64,000 nucleotides of DNA from Candidatus Bathyarchaeota archaeon. GTDB taxonomy: Archaea; Thermoproteota; Bathyarchaeia; Bathyarchaeales; Bathycorpusculaceae. Location: positions 2,617 to 66,616 of the forward strand of contig CAWJGR010000030.1 of NCBI GenBank assembly GCA_963842545.1, written 5' to 3'. Both the position numbers and the translations under genes were made by a program. Positions 9,243 to 18,954 of the stretch are shown piece by piece; positions within the stretch are counted from its first letter, which is position 1; every line of letters starts with the position of its first letter. The notes beneath the pieces are model-generated. The model worked only from the letters and a program-made list of their open reading frames with translations, did not search any database and had not been told where the DNA came from.

Positions 9243-11870
9243 CTAGGTGCTTTTATGCAGGATTTTCAAAAGCTCCATCCAGAACGTAGCTACAAACGGG
9301 ACTGCAATAACCAGAACCCAATCTTGCAACCGTAAACTTGTAATTTGCAAAGAAGTCTGAACAACTGGCACTGAAGTTCCCAAAATCAAGGTCACAAGCA
9401 CCACTAGCGCCCAGAGAAGCATGACTTTGTTTGAAAGTAACCCTTCTTTAATAAGGGGTTCTCGTTCTGAACGAAAGTTTAATGCAAGGAAAATGTGACC
9501 AAACATCCAAGTTGCAAATGCTACTGTTCGAGCGTAAGTTTCAACTTGTTTTGGTGTCCATACTGTCGGCGCTAAGTAGTATGTAATCATGTAAGTGGCT
9601 GTGACCGCTATAAAGAGGCTTATGGCACCTAAGAAGAGTCGTCTTAGCATGGGCTTGTTGAGGAATTTCTCTTTTGGATCAATTGGTGGCTTTTGCATGG
9701 CATCTGATTCTTCAGGTTCAGCAACGAAGGTGGCGGACGCAGCCAAGTCCATAAAGAGTTCGAGCACTATGATTTGGATTGGAGCAAATGGAAGCGGAAT
9801 TCCAAGGATGATTGGGACAATGAAGATCGAGACTAGGGCAACTTTGCATGCTAAGTAATATCGTACGCCTTTACGCAGGTTGCCGAATAATTTGCGTCCT
9901 TCTTTCACGGCAGTCTCGATGGTGGCAAAGTTGTCGTCTGTCAGAATCATGCTTGCGGCTTCTTTTGCAACATCCGTTCCACGTGTACCCATAGCGATGC
10001 CGATGTGTGCTTCCTTGAGAGCTGGAGCATCGTTTATGCCATCGCCTGTGACAGCTACAACCTCCCCATTCTCCTTTAGGAGCCTAACCAATCGCAGTTT
10101 ATCCTCAGGTGTCACCCGAGCAAAAACAACCGTACTCTTCAATGCCTCTTTCAAATCTGAATCAGGCATTTTTGCGATTTCATTCCCAGTTAAGACACTG
10201 CTGCTGTTTATTCCGACTTGGCGAGCAATTGCCTTAGCAGTTTCAGGGTGATCTCCGGTAATCATTATTACTTTGATTCCAGCTTCTGTGCAGGTTTTTA
10301 TGGCTCCTTCTACTTCTTTGCGGGGCGGGTCGATAAAACCCAGAATACCGACAAAGACGATGTCTCTCTCAAGATTCTCTTTTGAGGAATCGGCAGTTAA
10401 ACGTCGGTACCCAAACGCCAGAAGTCGCTCACCTGTGTGAGCCATCTGTGGAATTACACTTAAAACTTCAATTTTCATCGCATCGGTCAGCTCTGCCTCT
10501 TCTCCTCTTAACAGAATTTTTTTAGAGTCAACCAGAAGTTTCTCTGGTGCACCGCTCGATAAGACCACTTGGGAGTTGCCGTATTGATAAATGTAGGAAG
10601 CAAGTTTGCGATTAACGTCAAAGCTCAGCTCATCTTTGAGAACCCAATCCTTCAATAGAGCTTGTACATCAGTACCGGTTTGCTTTAAACGCTCTTGGAT
10701 AGCTTGTGCCATTGGATTCCCCAAAACGGCGGCTGTGGCATTGCTACGAATTGCGTCGCTGGCTAAAAGTGCAGTCCTCAAAGATGCTTTTTCATTTTCT
10801 CTAAATTCATTAGTTGAGGTAATTTTGCCATCAAAGTAGAGGTGTTCAAGCCGCATCTTGTTTTCAGTAATTGTGCCTGTCTTGTCGGTGGCTATGACAG
10901 TTACTGTTCCCAAAGTCTCCGCTGCGCGTAAACGTTTCACTATAGCGCCTTTTTGTGACAGGGCAAAGCTACCAACGCCCAATACCATCGTTATTATGAT
11001 AGGAAGTTCCTCTGGTATAACGACAAACGCCAAAGACAATCCATAGAGTACAGCTTCCCCAGGGCTAGGTTGCAATCCTCGAATATAACTCAAAATAGGT
11101 ATTAGGATTGCGAAAAAGAGTGCAACCCAAACAAGTGTTTTTGAAAGCTGTTTCATAGCTAATTGCAGTTGAGTTTTGGGTTCTTTTGCAGCTTTGGTGA
11201 TGCCTGCGACTCGTCCAAGTTCAGAGTTAACGCCTGTCGATGTAACCACTGCTTTTGCTCTTCCTCTGGTGATTACGGTTCCATTGAAAACCATGTTTGC
11301 TTGCTCAGAAACTATGGTTTCACTCGGCAACAAAGCCAGGGCATCTTTGGCAGATGGAAACGATTCACCAGTCAACGATGACTCATCCACTTCTAACCCA
11401 TAAGCTTCTAAAAGTCTAGCGTCAGCTGGAACACGCTGCCCCACTTTTAAAAGCAAAATGTCGCCAGGAACCAAAAACGAAGTCTCGACTTCAATTGATT
11501 GACCATTCCTGAGAACTGATGTTGTAGGAGGCGCTAATTGTCTGAGTGCAGAGATTGAGTGTTTGGCTCTGTACTCGTTCCAGACTTCAGCGAGGACAAG
11601 GATGATGATTATTACGATGATTGTTAAGGCGTCTGTTAAGCTGCCTAGGATGCTATAGAGCACTCCGACGGCTATTAACAGGAGAATCATTGGTTCAGTG
11701 ATTTCTTCTCGAAGGATACCCAAAAAATGGATTTCTTTCTCTTCCACAAGTGTGTTTTTGCCATATCGGTTTAGTCGCATTGTTGCCTCTTGCTCTGTTA
11801 AGCCCTTCTCAAGGTTAACGTCCAATAAAGTAACCACTTCCTGTGGATCTTTTGAATGTGGTTGGCTCAA
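9243..11870 (-). CDS. Cation-transporting P-type ATPase (P2-like)
   Basis: LTGES, DKTGT, MITGDH, TGDGINDAPAL, about 10 TM segments. Confidence 0.96.
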   Translation of the reverse strand: MSQPHSKDPQEVVTLLDVNLEKGLTEQEATMRLNRYGKNTLVEEKEIHFLGILREEITEPMILLLIAVGVLYSILGSLTDALTIIVIIIILVLAEVWNEYRAKHSISALRQLAPPTTSVLRNGQSIEVETSFLVPGDILLLKVGQRVPADARLLEAYGLEVDESSLTGESFPSAKDALALLPSETIVSEQANMVFNGTVITRGRAKAVVTSTGVNSELGRVAGITKAAKEPKTQLQLAMKQLSKTLVWVALFFAILIPILSYIRGLQPSPGEAVLYGLSLAFVVIPEELPIIITMVLGVGSFALSQKGAIVKRLRAAETLGTVTVIATDKTGTITENKMRLEHLYFDGKITSTNEFRENEKASLRTALLASDAIRSNATAAVLGNPMAQAIQERLKQTGTDVQALLKDWVLKDELSFDVNRKLASYIYQYGNSQVVLSSGAPEKLLVDSKKILLRGEEAELTDAMKIEVLSVIPQMAHTGERLLAFGYRRLTADSSKENLERDIVFVGILGFIDPPRKEVEGAIKTCTEAGIKVIMITGDHPETAKAIARQVGINSSSVLTGNEIAKMPDSDLKEALKSTVVFARVTPEDKLRLVRLLKENGEVVAVTGDGINDAPALKEAHIGIAMGTRGTDVAKEAASMILTDDNFATIETAVKEGRKLFGNLRKGVRYYLACKVALVSIFIVPIILGIPLPFAPIQIIVLELFMDLAASATFVAEPEESDAMQKPPIDPKEKFLNKPMLRRLFLGAISLFIAVTATYMITYYLAPTVWTPKQVETYARTVAFATWMFGHIFLALNFRSEREPLIKEGLLSNKVMLLWALVVLVTLILGTSVPVVQTSLQITSLRLQDWVLVIAVPFVATFWMELLKILHKST

Positions 11871-12174
11871 GGCAACACCTAAACTATGATTTAATTTGGA
11901 TAATTACTAAAGGTTGCGAAGCAACTATGCCCTAAAAAGATTGCGCAGATTAATGCTGGAATACCAAGTTTTCTTTATTTTTGTTTTTCATTCTTTCATT
12001 TTCATTCGGTACTATTATGTTACAAAACCGGTGTTACAAAACAAGAATGTTTCTAATCCTAAAAAGCTGTAAATTTTCGATTGATAAAAATAAATAAGCA
12101 TACCACATCAATTTATTTTTTATAACCAATTTTTCACTTATTATGCAAAACTTTATAACAGCGCCGAACGTTTT

Positions 12175-13122
12175 GTGTCTAAAAAGGTAGAAGTCAAGAT
12201 GAAATTCGGCACATACATGTTTGAAGCAAAGAAAGTTCCAGGCTTCGACTTTGACCTTTTCCGAGTAAAACCAGAAGTAGGCAGACGAATGCCGCCAAAA
12301 GCTGACATGCACAGCAACATCGCAATTTTCGGAGACAACGTAACCGCCCGCATTCACCCAGACTGGATCAGCCAATCCGACTTAGGTCCAGCATGGAGAA
12401 CCAACGACAACTTCAACGTACGCTGGGAAGTCCTCTGCGCAACACAACCGAACACCGAGCAGAACAACTCGACTACATCGAAGACGTTGCACGCAAAAGC
12501 CAAGGAATCTGGCTAAACAGCATCCACTTCGCAGAACATGGCCACTGCACATGCCCACGATGCAAAGAACTATGGAAGAAAAGCGGACTTAAGCTGGTAC
12601 GAATGGAGACGAAAAGAAGTCACAGACTACATGGCACAAGTAAGCGACCGCGTACGCAACAGAGCAAAGAAAAAATTCGTACATCGGTGTCCTCCCAGAC
12701 CCAGTTACAAACTATGAACGCTTCGGCGTCAACTTCGACGACTTGCACCACTCACCGACTGAATTCCTCGTCGTCATGTTCAGCAAGAACTACGCTACAC
12801 CATGGTACTAAGGAAATGCTTACACGCAACTTCAAAAAACTCTTCAAAGACGTCAAACTAAACATTGCACTCTACGTTATCGGGCCCGGCGACGATCCAA
12901 AAGAAACACCAACCCCAGCTGAACTCTTAACAGTCTCAGTCCGAATGGCACGCGCAGGAGTAGACGGATCTACTATACCTCACAGACAAAGCAGCACAAA
13001 TGCAAGAATTCCAAAAAGCAGCAATCGCACAAAAAGACACACGCGAACGCCTAAAGAGCTACGGCGGAAAAGCAGGTCAAGAAGTTCTCGACTTAGTTAC
13101 AAGTTGGGAAAAACTCTTCTAA
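12175..13122 (+). CDS. Hypothetical protein, possibly TIM-barrel/glycoside-hydrolase-like, with CxCxxC; frameshifted
   Basis: Joined ORFs 12175-12516 and 12393-13127. HPDW, GIWLNSIHF..HCTCPRC, and a third frame reading WYEWRRKEVTDY. Confidence 0.65.
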
Positions 13123-13142
13123 AATAAGCCAAACCATTGCAG

Positions 13143-13206
13143 GCAGAAACAACCTGATAGTGGTGAAAAACCACCAAGGCTGCCCTTTTTATTTAATTTA
13201 TTTTTA
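13143..13206. terminator. Hairpin plus T-tract between convergent genes
   Basis: GGCAG..CTGCC stem with inner TGGT/ACCA, followed by TTTTTATTTAATTTATTTT. Confidence 0.35.
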
Positions 13207-13635
13207 TTGTATGTACCCTAAGTTTTTGTTCTGGGTTTCGTTTATTTCCTTCATTGACTCGTAGTGGGCTTCGATTAGAATTTTTAGGGCATCGATGTTC
13301 TTTTTAATATCTTCCACTTCGCCGCTCTTCTGTAAAACCCCAGATTTTACGAGTTGCTCATTTATTTTGCTAACTGAAACTTCAATCACTTTAACTTTGA
13401 ACGCGAAAATCTGAAGCGTATAGAGCAAGCTAAGTTGAGAATTCAACCGTTCTAGGCGGTCTAAATCAAGTGTTTTCCCAATGAACGCTTTTAATTTTTG
13501 TTCCTGAGATGCTAGCGGAGAAACAAGAAGCTCCTCATAAATTGCCGTTTGTTTTACAGTGGCTTCTTTGGTTTCATCCGCAACTTTCTGTACACGTTTT
13601 GCTGTTTTATCCAGCATTTCTAAGACTTCATCCAA
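13204..13635 (-). CDS. Hypothetical coiled-coil protein
   Basis: 143-aa helical ORF with GGGGG upstream. Confidence 0.7.
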   Translation of the reverse strand: MDEVLEMLDKTAKRVQKVADETKEATVKQTAIYEELLVSPLASQEQKLKAFIGKTLDLDRLERLNSQLSLLYTLQIFAFKVKVIEVSVSKINEQLVKSGVLQKSGEVEDIKKNIDALKILIEAHYESMKEINETQNKNLGYIQ

Positions 13636-13794
13636 ACCAATATATCCCCCAAATCAATGTTAATTTTACTTTTATGAGACTGTATAACCCATTATATATA
13701 GCTTAAATTCAGTTGTTTCATGATTCTTTTAATAGGTAAGCTTTTAGGTACTTTCATACATAATAGCTGAAATAGAATTAACCAGAGGAATATT

Positions 13795-13878
13795 ATGCCT
13801 TCACTTAGCAAAAAAGAACGCAGCAAAAAAGAAGAAACACGAAGAAAAAACCGGAAAGAAGTAGTTCTCTTCCTTTGA
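13795..13878 (+). CDS. Putative small basic protein
   Basis: AGAGG RBS then ATG; K/R/E-rich 27 codons (22 aa if one indel is present). Confidence 0.4.
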   Translation: MPSLSKKERSKKEETRRKNRKEVVLFL

Positions 13879-14136
13879 GATTCTACTTAGCCGAAAAACC
13901 TACACTTATCTTTTCTCTTTTAAAAAGCATCTACGGTTGAGGCGCTATCAGTTAATGATTTTGAGAATATTTGAAACATCCTTTCTCAGAAAGGTTTGAC
14001 AAATTTACATCTTACAAATATAAAGAATACTCGCATACGAATGGAAAAGTGAGAAGTCAAAACATTATAAACCAAAAGGTAGAAAACACTTAGAAATGTT
14101 TTATGAAAGTTTACCTAAAAATCTTAATTCAGGGAA

Positions 14137-14526
14137 CTAACGTAAGGTTATGCTGCTCATGCTATAAAGTTGCCTTTTTATAATCACCTTACGTTTGTTT
14201 CCATGAGCCATAGTTGCGTAGCCTAAAATGGAAAAAATTCCGGCGGAAATATAAGCCCAAGATGGAAAATTACCGTAAAGTATGAAGGGAACAAGAGCGC
14301 AAACACCAAGAAAACCAAGCATAATTCCTTGAAGCTCTTCAACTGTTGCGTTCTCCAACTGTTTTTGAAGCCTAACTATTTTTTGGTTCGCTGTCAAAAA
14401 GCCCGCTTGATTTTTGTGGAAGTTAATACTCCCAAAACAGGTAAGAATCCAACCTACAATAACTAGTATGCAAAGAAATGGTAGAAGAATTATTCGTTCT
14501 ATTCGAGACATACTTGTCACGTACAA
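14137..14526 (-). CDS. Hypothetical membrane protein
   Basis: Three hydrophobic segments in an AT-rich region. Confidence 0.5.
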   Translation of the reverse strand: MYVTSMSRIERIILLPFLCILVIVGWILTCFGSINFHKNQAGFLTANQKIVRLQKQLENATVEELQGIMLGFLGVCALVPFILYGNFPSWAYISAGIFSILGYATMAHGNKRKVIIKRQLYSMSSITLR

Positions 14527-14794
14527 TTCTATAAAAGAATCTCCTTATAAGATTAATGCATTTCACGCTAAAGATGCAAGCTTTTTAATCCCAAATTGAC
14601 AAAAGTCTACCAAATGAGCATGAAATTAAATTACTCTGAAGCATTGTAAGATGTACTTATGCCTCTAAGTGATGCGCGATTCTTAAAATGCCTTAGTGAT
14701 AAGCCTAAGAATCAGAGGGCTGTTAATAAGAAGCCAAAAAAAGGAGCTTAAATCAAGGTTTTTTGCGCAAAGATAATGGAAGAATTTGAACACT

Positions 14795-15562
14795 TTAGCA
14801 TGTCAAGATGTCGCACGTGCGTCCCTTTTTTTGCGATTCAATCGCTTCTTGTGTATTTTTCGAGTACTTATCAAAAACAAGTTTGCCGACGAATAATGCG
14901 AGCAGCACTCCAGCAATTTCATCTGCAATATAGTGTTGTTTAATGAATAATGTTGATAATATTACTCCTATGGTAATAACCAATGCTGCAATCAATGTGG
15001 CCTTTGTGGTTTTGCTTGGTTTTTCTTTGGCATATTGGAACCAGGCAAAAAAGCAAATCGTTGATACTGCTGCGTGCAAGCTCGGAAAGCAGTTAAAAGA
15101 GGTGTCGTTGGCAAAAATGTTGTAGACTTGGTCTGCCCAATAATTGCCTATAATTGGATGCGCGAGCAGATCTTGGCGATACCAGGAAGTTGAAACTGGA
15201 AAGAGGATATAGATTAGGACTGCCATACCATTGATTGCTACAAGTGACCAGCCTAAAGCATAACCTCTTTTGTACTCTATAAACCCAAAGTATAGCATGG
15301 TTAAAATTACAAGCGGATAAAACAAATATACATAAAATATGACCATTTCTGGAACAAATGGAATCATAGCATCCAAGCTTGTTTCCAATCGGAAGCCAGA
15401 GCCAACATGATACAATTGTCCAGTCCAATTATAAGCTACATTATTAAGTAAAGAATAGAAAAGAACGAGCATCAAAATAACATTGCCAATTACAAATGTT
15501 GCATAAACGCTTTTTCTAGTTGATTTGTGCTTGAAAAACACTTTCTCAACTGCGATTTGCAA
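14795..15562 (-). CDS. PAP2-superfamily membrane protein (AUR1/IPC-synthase-like)
   Basis: NCFPSLH and STLFIKQHY.AD motifs, about 6 TM segments. Confidence 0.88.
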   Translation of the reverse strand: MQIAVEKVFFKHKSTRKSVYATFVIGNVILMLVLFYSLLNNVAYNWTGQLYHVGSGFRLETSLDAMIPFVPEMVIFYVYLFYPLVILTMLYFGFIEYKRGYALGWSLVAINGMAVLIYILFPVSTSWYRQDLLAHPIIGNYWADQVYNIFANDTSFNCFPSLHAAVSTICFFAWFQYAKEKPSKTTKATLIAALVITIGVILSTLFIKQHYIADEIAGVLLALFVGKLVFDKYSKNTQEAIESQKKGRTCDILTC

Positions 15563-15740
15563 TCTATTGTGAAATCCCAGCTTAACATTTCCCAGATCGA
15601 CCTATGTGAAGGCTACATATAAAAACGTAATTACATAACTTCCCAAGCCCAACCGCATCATATTCAAAAAAACTCGAGAATAATGCAAATAGCAGCTAAT
15701 TACCCGATGACTGGGAATGCTTTTTGAAAGCTTGTTGAAG

Positions 15741-15814
15741 TGGACTGGGGGGGATTTGAACCCCCGACCTCTTGAGTGCAAGTCAAGCGTTCATGCCAGC
15801 TGAACTACCAGCCC
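15741..15814 (-). tRNA. tRNA-Ala (TGC), no intron, CCA not encoded
   Basis: Reverse complement folds as a cloverleaf: GGGCTGG/CCAGTCC acceptor with G3:U70, anticodon arm CTTGA-CTTGCAC-TCAAG, T-loop GGTTCAAATCC. Confidence 0.97.
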
Positions 15815-15850
15815 TTAGCCTTGCATTCCGAATCAGATACGGTTCCTTGA

Positions 15851-15864
15851 TATTTAGCTTTTGC
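15851..15864 (-). promoter_or_regulatory. Putative BRE/TATA for tRNA-Ala
   Basis: Minus strand reads GCAAAAGCTAAATA about 40 nt upstream of the tRNA. Confidence 0.45.
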
Positions 15865-15933
15865 CAGCTAAGAGAGATTGCTTAAAACGTTATATCTCCA
15901 AAAACAAATAACAGTAAATGGGGAGGCTTAAAG

Positions 15934-16419
15934 TTGGAGATAAAAACTGTAAAAATAGATCCACCCAAGGAATGCAACACCATCATTGGGACTGCTCACT
16001 TCATAAAAACCGCCGAAGACCTCTACGAAGCCCTAGTCAACTCGGTACCCAACATTCAATTTGGATTGGGTTTCTGCGAGAGTTCTGGACCCTGCCTTGT
16101 ACGCCACGAAGGAAACGACTCAGAACTACGACAGTTAGCAGCGGAGAAGGCTTTTGAAATTGGCTGTGGCCATAGCTTTTTGATTTACATAAGAAACGCT
16201 TATCCACTCAATGTCTTAGACAAAATTAAGAAAGTGCATGAAGTATGCACCATTTATGCTGCAACGGCTAACCCCCTAGAAGTGATAGTTGCAGAAACCA
16301 GCCAAGGCAGAGGCATCATAGGTGTAATTGATGGATTAATGAGCAAGGGCATAGAAACCGACAGAGACATTGTCGAACGTAGACAGTTCTTGAGGAAAAT
16401 CGGTTACAAACTAGGGTAA
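15934..16419 (+). CDS. Adenosine-specific kinase family (DUF355)
   Basis: IIGTAHFIKT.EDL..FCESSG, ATANP, R.FLRKIGYK. Confidence 0.92.
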   Translation: MEIKTVKIDPPKECNTIIGTAHFIKTAEDLYEALVNSVPNIQFGLGFCESSGPCLVRHEGNDSELRQLAAEKAFEIGCGHSFLIYIRNAYPLNVLDKIKKVHEVCTIYAATANPLEVIVAETSQGRGIIGVIDGLMSKGIETDRDIVERRQFLRKIGYKLG

Positions 16420-16461
16420 AAACCACCATAATCAAAAGATGCGATGATTAAACTTAAACCG

Positions 16462-16665
16462 TTACGACCAATATTGCAGGTTAGTCGCATCCTTTCGATT
16501 CATAATGTATTGCGCCTTGTTGTCTCTCCAAATCTGATCTGTAATTGAAACGTTTTCCGCAGACTGGACAAGGATAAGATCAGGTTCGTCTCCATTTAAA
16601 GGAATCTCGAGTAAGGGGCATTTATTCCATATCTTTTTCAGCTTCGAACAAGTCTCAGGTGGCAC
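16462..16665 (-). CDS. Small hypothetical ORF, possibly a frameshifted continuation of the fasciclin gene
   Basis: Starts 2 nt after the fasciclin stop; no recognisable motif. Confidence 0.3.
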   Translation of the reverse strand: MPPETCSKLKKIWNKCPLLEIPLNGDEPDLILVQSAENVSITDQIWRDNKAQYIMNRKDATNLQYWS

Positions 16666-16667
16666 CC

Positions 16668-17180
16668 TTAGCGCTGTTCTATCTCAGCTGAATGGGCCAT
16701 TTTGGTATGAGTGTTCAAAGCTTCCATTGTCGTGAAACCCATTCCGCATATTTGACAAGTTAGCTCCATATTTGGCATAAGAACGTTATCCAAAACTTGA
16801 ATCAAGCCGTTATCTGCAACGATGTCAGTGTTTGTTATGTTTGCATCGTTGATTTTTGGGTTTACATGAAGATGCCATTTTTGGGCGTCAACCTTGATTT
16901 CTTGACCTTGAATTGTTTTAGCTGTATCCATCTTGCCTATTTCATCGATTGTTAGTTTTCCGGCAACAATATGGTATAATAGAACTGCCGTCAACTTTGG
17001 TAGGTCCTTCAAAAGAGCTTCAATAGTGGTTGAGGGAAGTTTGGCAAAAGCTTGATCATCGGGCGCAAAAACCGTAAAAAGACCACCTCTTAAAGTATCA
17101 ACTAGTTCTGCCGCTTGAACTGCTGAAACAAACCTTTTGAAAGTTCCAGCCGTAATAAGTGTATTAATTATATCTCCCAA
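16668..17180 (-). CDS. Fasciclin (FAS1) domain protein with C-terminal C2H2 zinc finger
   Basis: TVFAPDDQAF, LLYHIV, ADNGLIQVLDNVL, then CQIC..F..L..HTKMAH. GGAGG RBS. Confidence 0.9.
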   Translation of the reverse strand: MGDIINTLITAGTFKRFVSAVQAAELVDTLRGGLFTVFAPDDQAFAKLPSTTIEALLKDLPKLTAVLLYHIVAGKLTIDEIGKMDTAKTIQGQEIKVDAQKWHLHVNPKINDANITNTDIVADNGLIQVLDNVLMPNMELTCQICGMGFTTMEALNTHTKMAHSAEIEQR

Positions 17181-17470
17181 TCATTTTTTCCTCCTAAGAA
17201 TAATCAGGTAACTGTTATGCCGATTGCTTGGCGATACGAGTGAAGGAATAAGGCTACATATAGTATTGTGATTGTATACAATCCACAACAAAGAAATTTT
17301 CATTATTTCTTTAGTCTTCAAAAATAAAAACCATGAACCTCAAATAAGGAAGCATCTTCAAACCTACTTGATTTATGGAGTAATTTTTTATTCTGTTTTT
17401 CGACAGGCAACAGTAAACTATTTTAATTCACTTCAGAATCAAACCTTAACGGACTTAACTAGGTGTTTTT

Positions 17471-18325
17471 ATGGCTTTAGAGAGGAATATGGCTCAACTT
17501 GAAGCTTACAAACAACAACAATCAAGTGAACAACAGAACCTAAAAGATAAAATGAGTAAAATTAAACATAAAATCGCCATCATAAGCGGAAAAGGCGGCG
17601 TTGGAAAAAGCACCGTGACGGTCAATCTTGCAATGGCTTTTGCGACACAGGGAAAACATGTTGGAGTTTTAGATGCCGATATTCACGGTCCAAGCGTTCC
17701 AAGGCTACTGGGTTTGGAGGGGCAACAGGCTAAGGGTAGCCCTAATGGCGTTTTCCCAGTGGATGGCCCGTTGGGGATAAAAGTTATGTCAATTGACTTC
17801 TTCTTGCCTGAGAAAGCACCAACGATTTGGCGCGGACCACTCAAGATGCGCGCAATCCGCCAGTTCCTTACCGACGTGGACTGGGGAGAACTTGATTTTC
17901 TCTTTATTGATTTGCCTCCGGGAACAGGTGACGAACCCTTAAGCATCGCTCAGCTCATGCCAGACATTGACGGGGTAGTAATAGTTACCATGCCCTCAGA
18001 ATTGTCAAGCTCAATAGTCAAGAAAGCAGTAACATTCGCAGAAAGATTAAACATGCCCATAATCGGGGTGGTCGAAAACATGAGTGGCTTCATTTGCCCA
18101 CATTGCGGTAAAAAAACAGAGATTTTCCAGTCAGGGGGAGGCAAAAAAATGGCTCAAGAAATGGGCGTAGCATTTCTCGGGAGCATCCCCATCGACCCCA
18201 AAATAGGTGTAGATTCTGACAAGGGAACACCCTTTGTAGTTTCGCATAAGGATTCGGCGTCAGCCAAAGCTTTCATGGAAATCGTAAAAACCGTTGATGA
18301 ATACGTGAAAAAGAAACAAAAGTAA
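17471..18325 (+). CDS. mrp: Mrp/NBP35 (ApbC) Fe-S carrier ATPase
   Basis: SGKGGVGKS, DADIHGPS, WRGP, DLPPGTGD, ENMSGFICPHC. Confidence 0.96.
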   Translation: MALERNMAQLEAYKQQQSSEQQNLKDKMSKIKHKIAIISGKGGVGKSTVTVNLAMAFATQGKHVGVLDADIHGPSVPRLLGLEGQQAKGSPNGVFPVDGPLGIKVMSIDFFLPEKAPTIWRGPLKMRAIRQFLTDVDWGELDFLFIDLPPGTGDEPLSIAQLMPDIDGVVIVTMPSELSSSIVKKAVTFAERLNMPIIGVVENMSGFICPHCGKKTEIFQSGGGKKMAQEMGVAFLGSIPIDPKIGVDSDKGTPFVVSHKDSASAKAFMEIVKTVDEYVKKKQK

Positions 18326-18374
18326 AAAATTGGAGAGCTTAAAAAACTCCCAGGTTTAATTTTTTTGATTTAAA

Positions 18375-18665
18375 CTACTCTTTTGTAAGAGTAATTTCTA
18401 TCGTTGAAACCATCCTGGATCTATTCTCGCCTTCGCGTGGTGGCATCTCGGCAGTACCGATTGCTATCTTTGTCACTTTTAAGTCTTTTATGAAGCGGCT
18501 TCTTGTGATTTCTGCAACGTCAACTGCTGTGGTGATTGCTTGTCCTCGGGCTTTTAGGGTAATTTCTTTACCTGCGCCTGAAGAGAATGCAGTTATGATG
18601 GCGAGTACATAGCTCATTGGTGGTTTATTTCCGACGAATATTACGTCGCTAGCTTTTTCTGTCAA
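18375..18665 (-). CDS. albA: DNA/RNA-binding protein Alba
   Basis: GNKPPMSYVLA, KARGQAITTAVDVAE, VSTIEI. Confidence 0.97.
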   Translation of the reverse strand: MTEKASDVIFVGNKPPMSYVLAIITAFSSGAGKEITLKARGQAITTAVDVAEITRSRFIKDLKVTKIAIGTAEMPPREGENRSRMVSTIEITLTKE

Positions 18666-18954
18666 TTCATATCACACTCCTTTTTATGTTGTTTTCTTTG
18701 CGTTGTATTTCATTCTGTCGTCTTTTCAGACAAAGAATGTAAGCTGATATAACTCAAAACTTACTAATAAACAAAATTCATCAATTCGATAAGCTGAGAG
18801 AGCAGAAAATGTTAACCTGCTCACTTATTTTATTATAAATTTGCCTTCCACTTAATAGGTAAACATGAAGTTTAATGGTTATTGATCGGCAAAAACCGCT
18901 ATTGTTTTATACAGCAAATTTGAAGGGAGAGTACAAGCAGAGGGGAACTGGTTC

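Noticed and set aside
17876-17886. 11-nt match to the tRNA-Ala 3' end (GTGGACTGGGG) as an att site
   Set aside because: Short, lies inside the conserved mrp coding motif V-D-W-G, on the wrong side of the tRNA, and no integrase is present.
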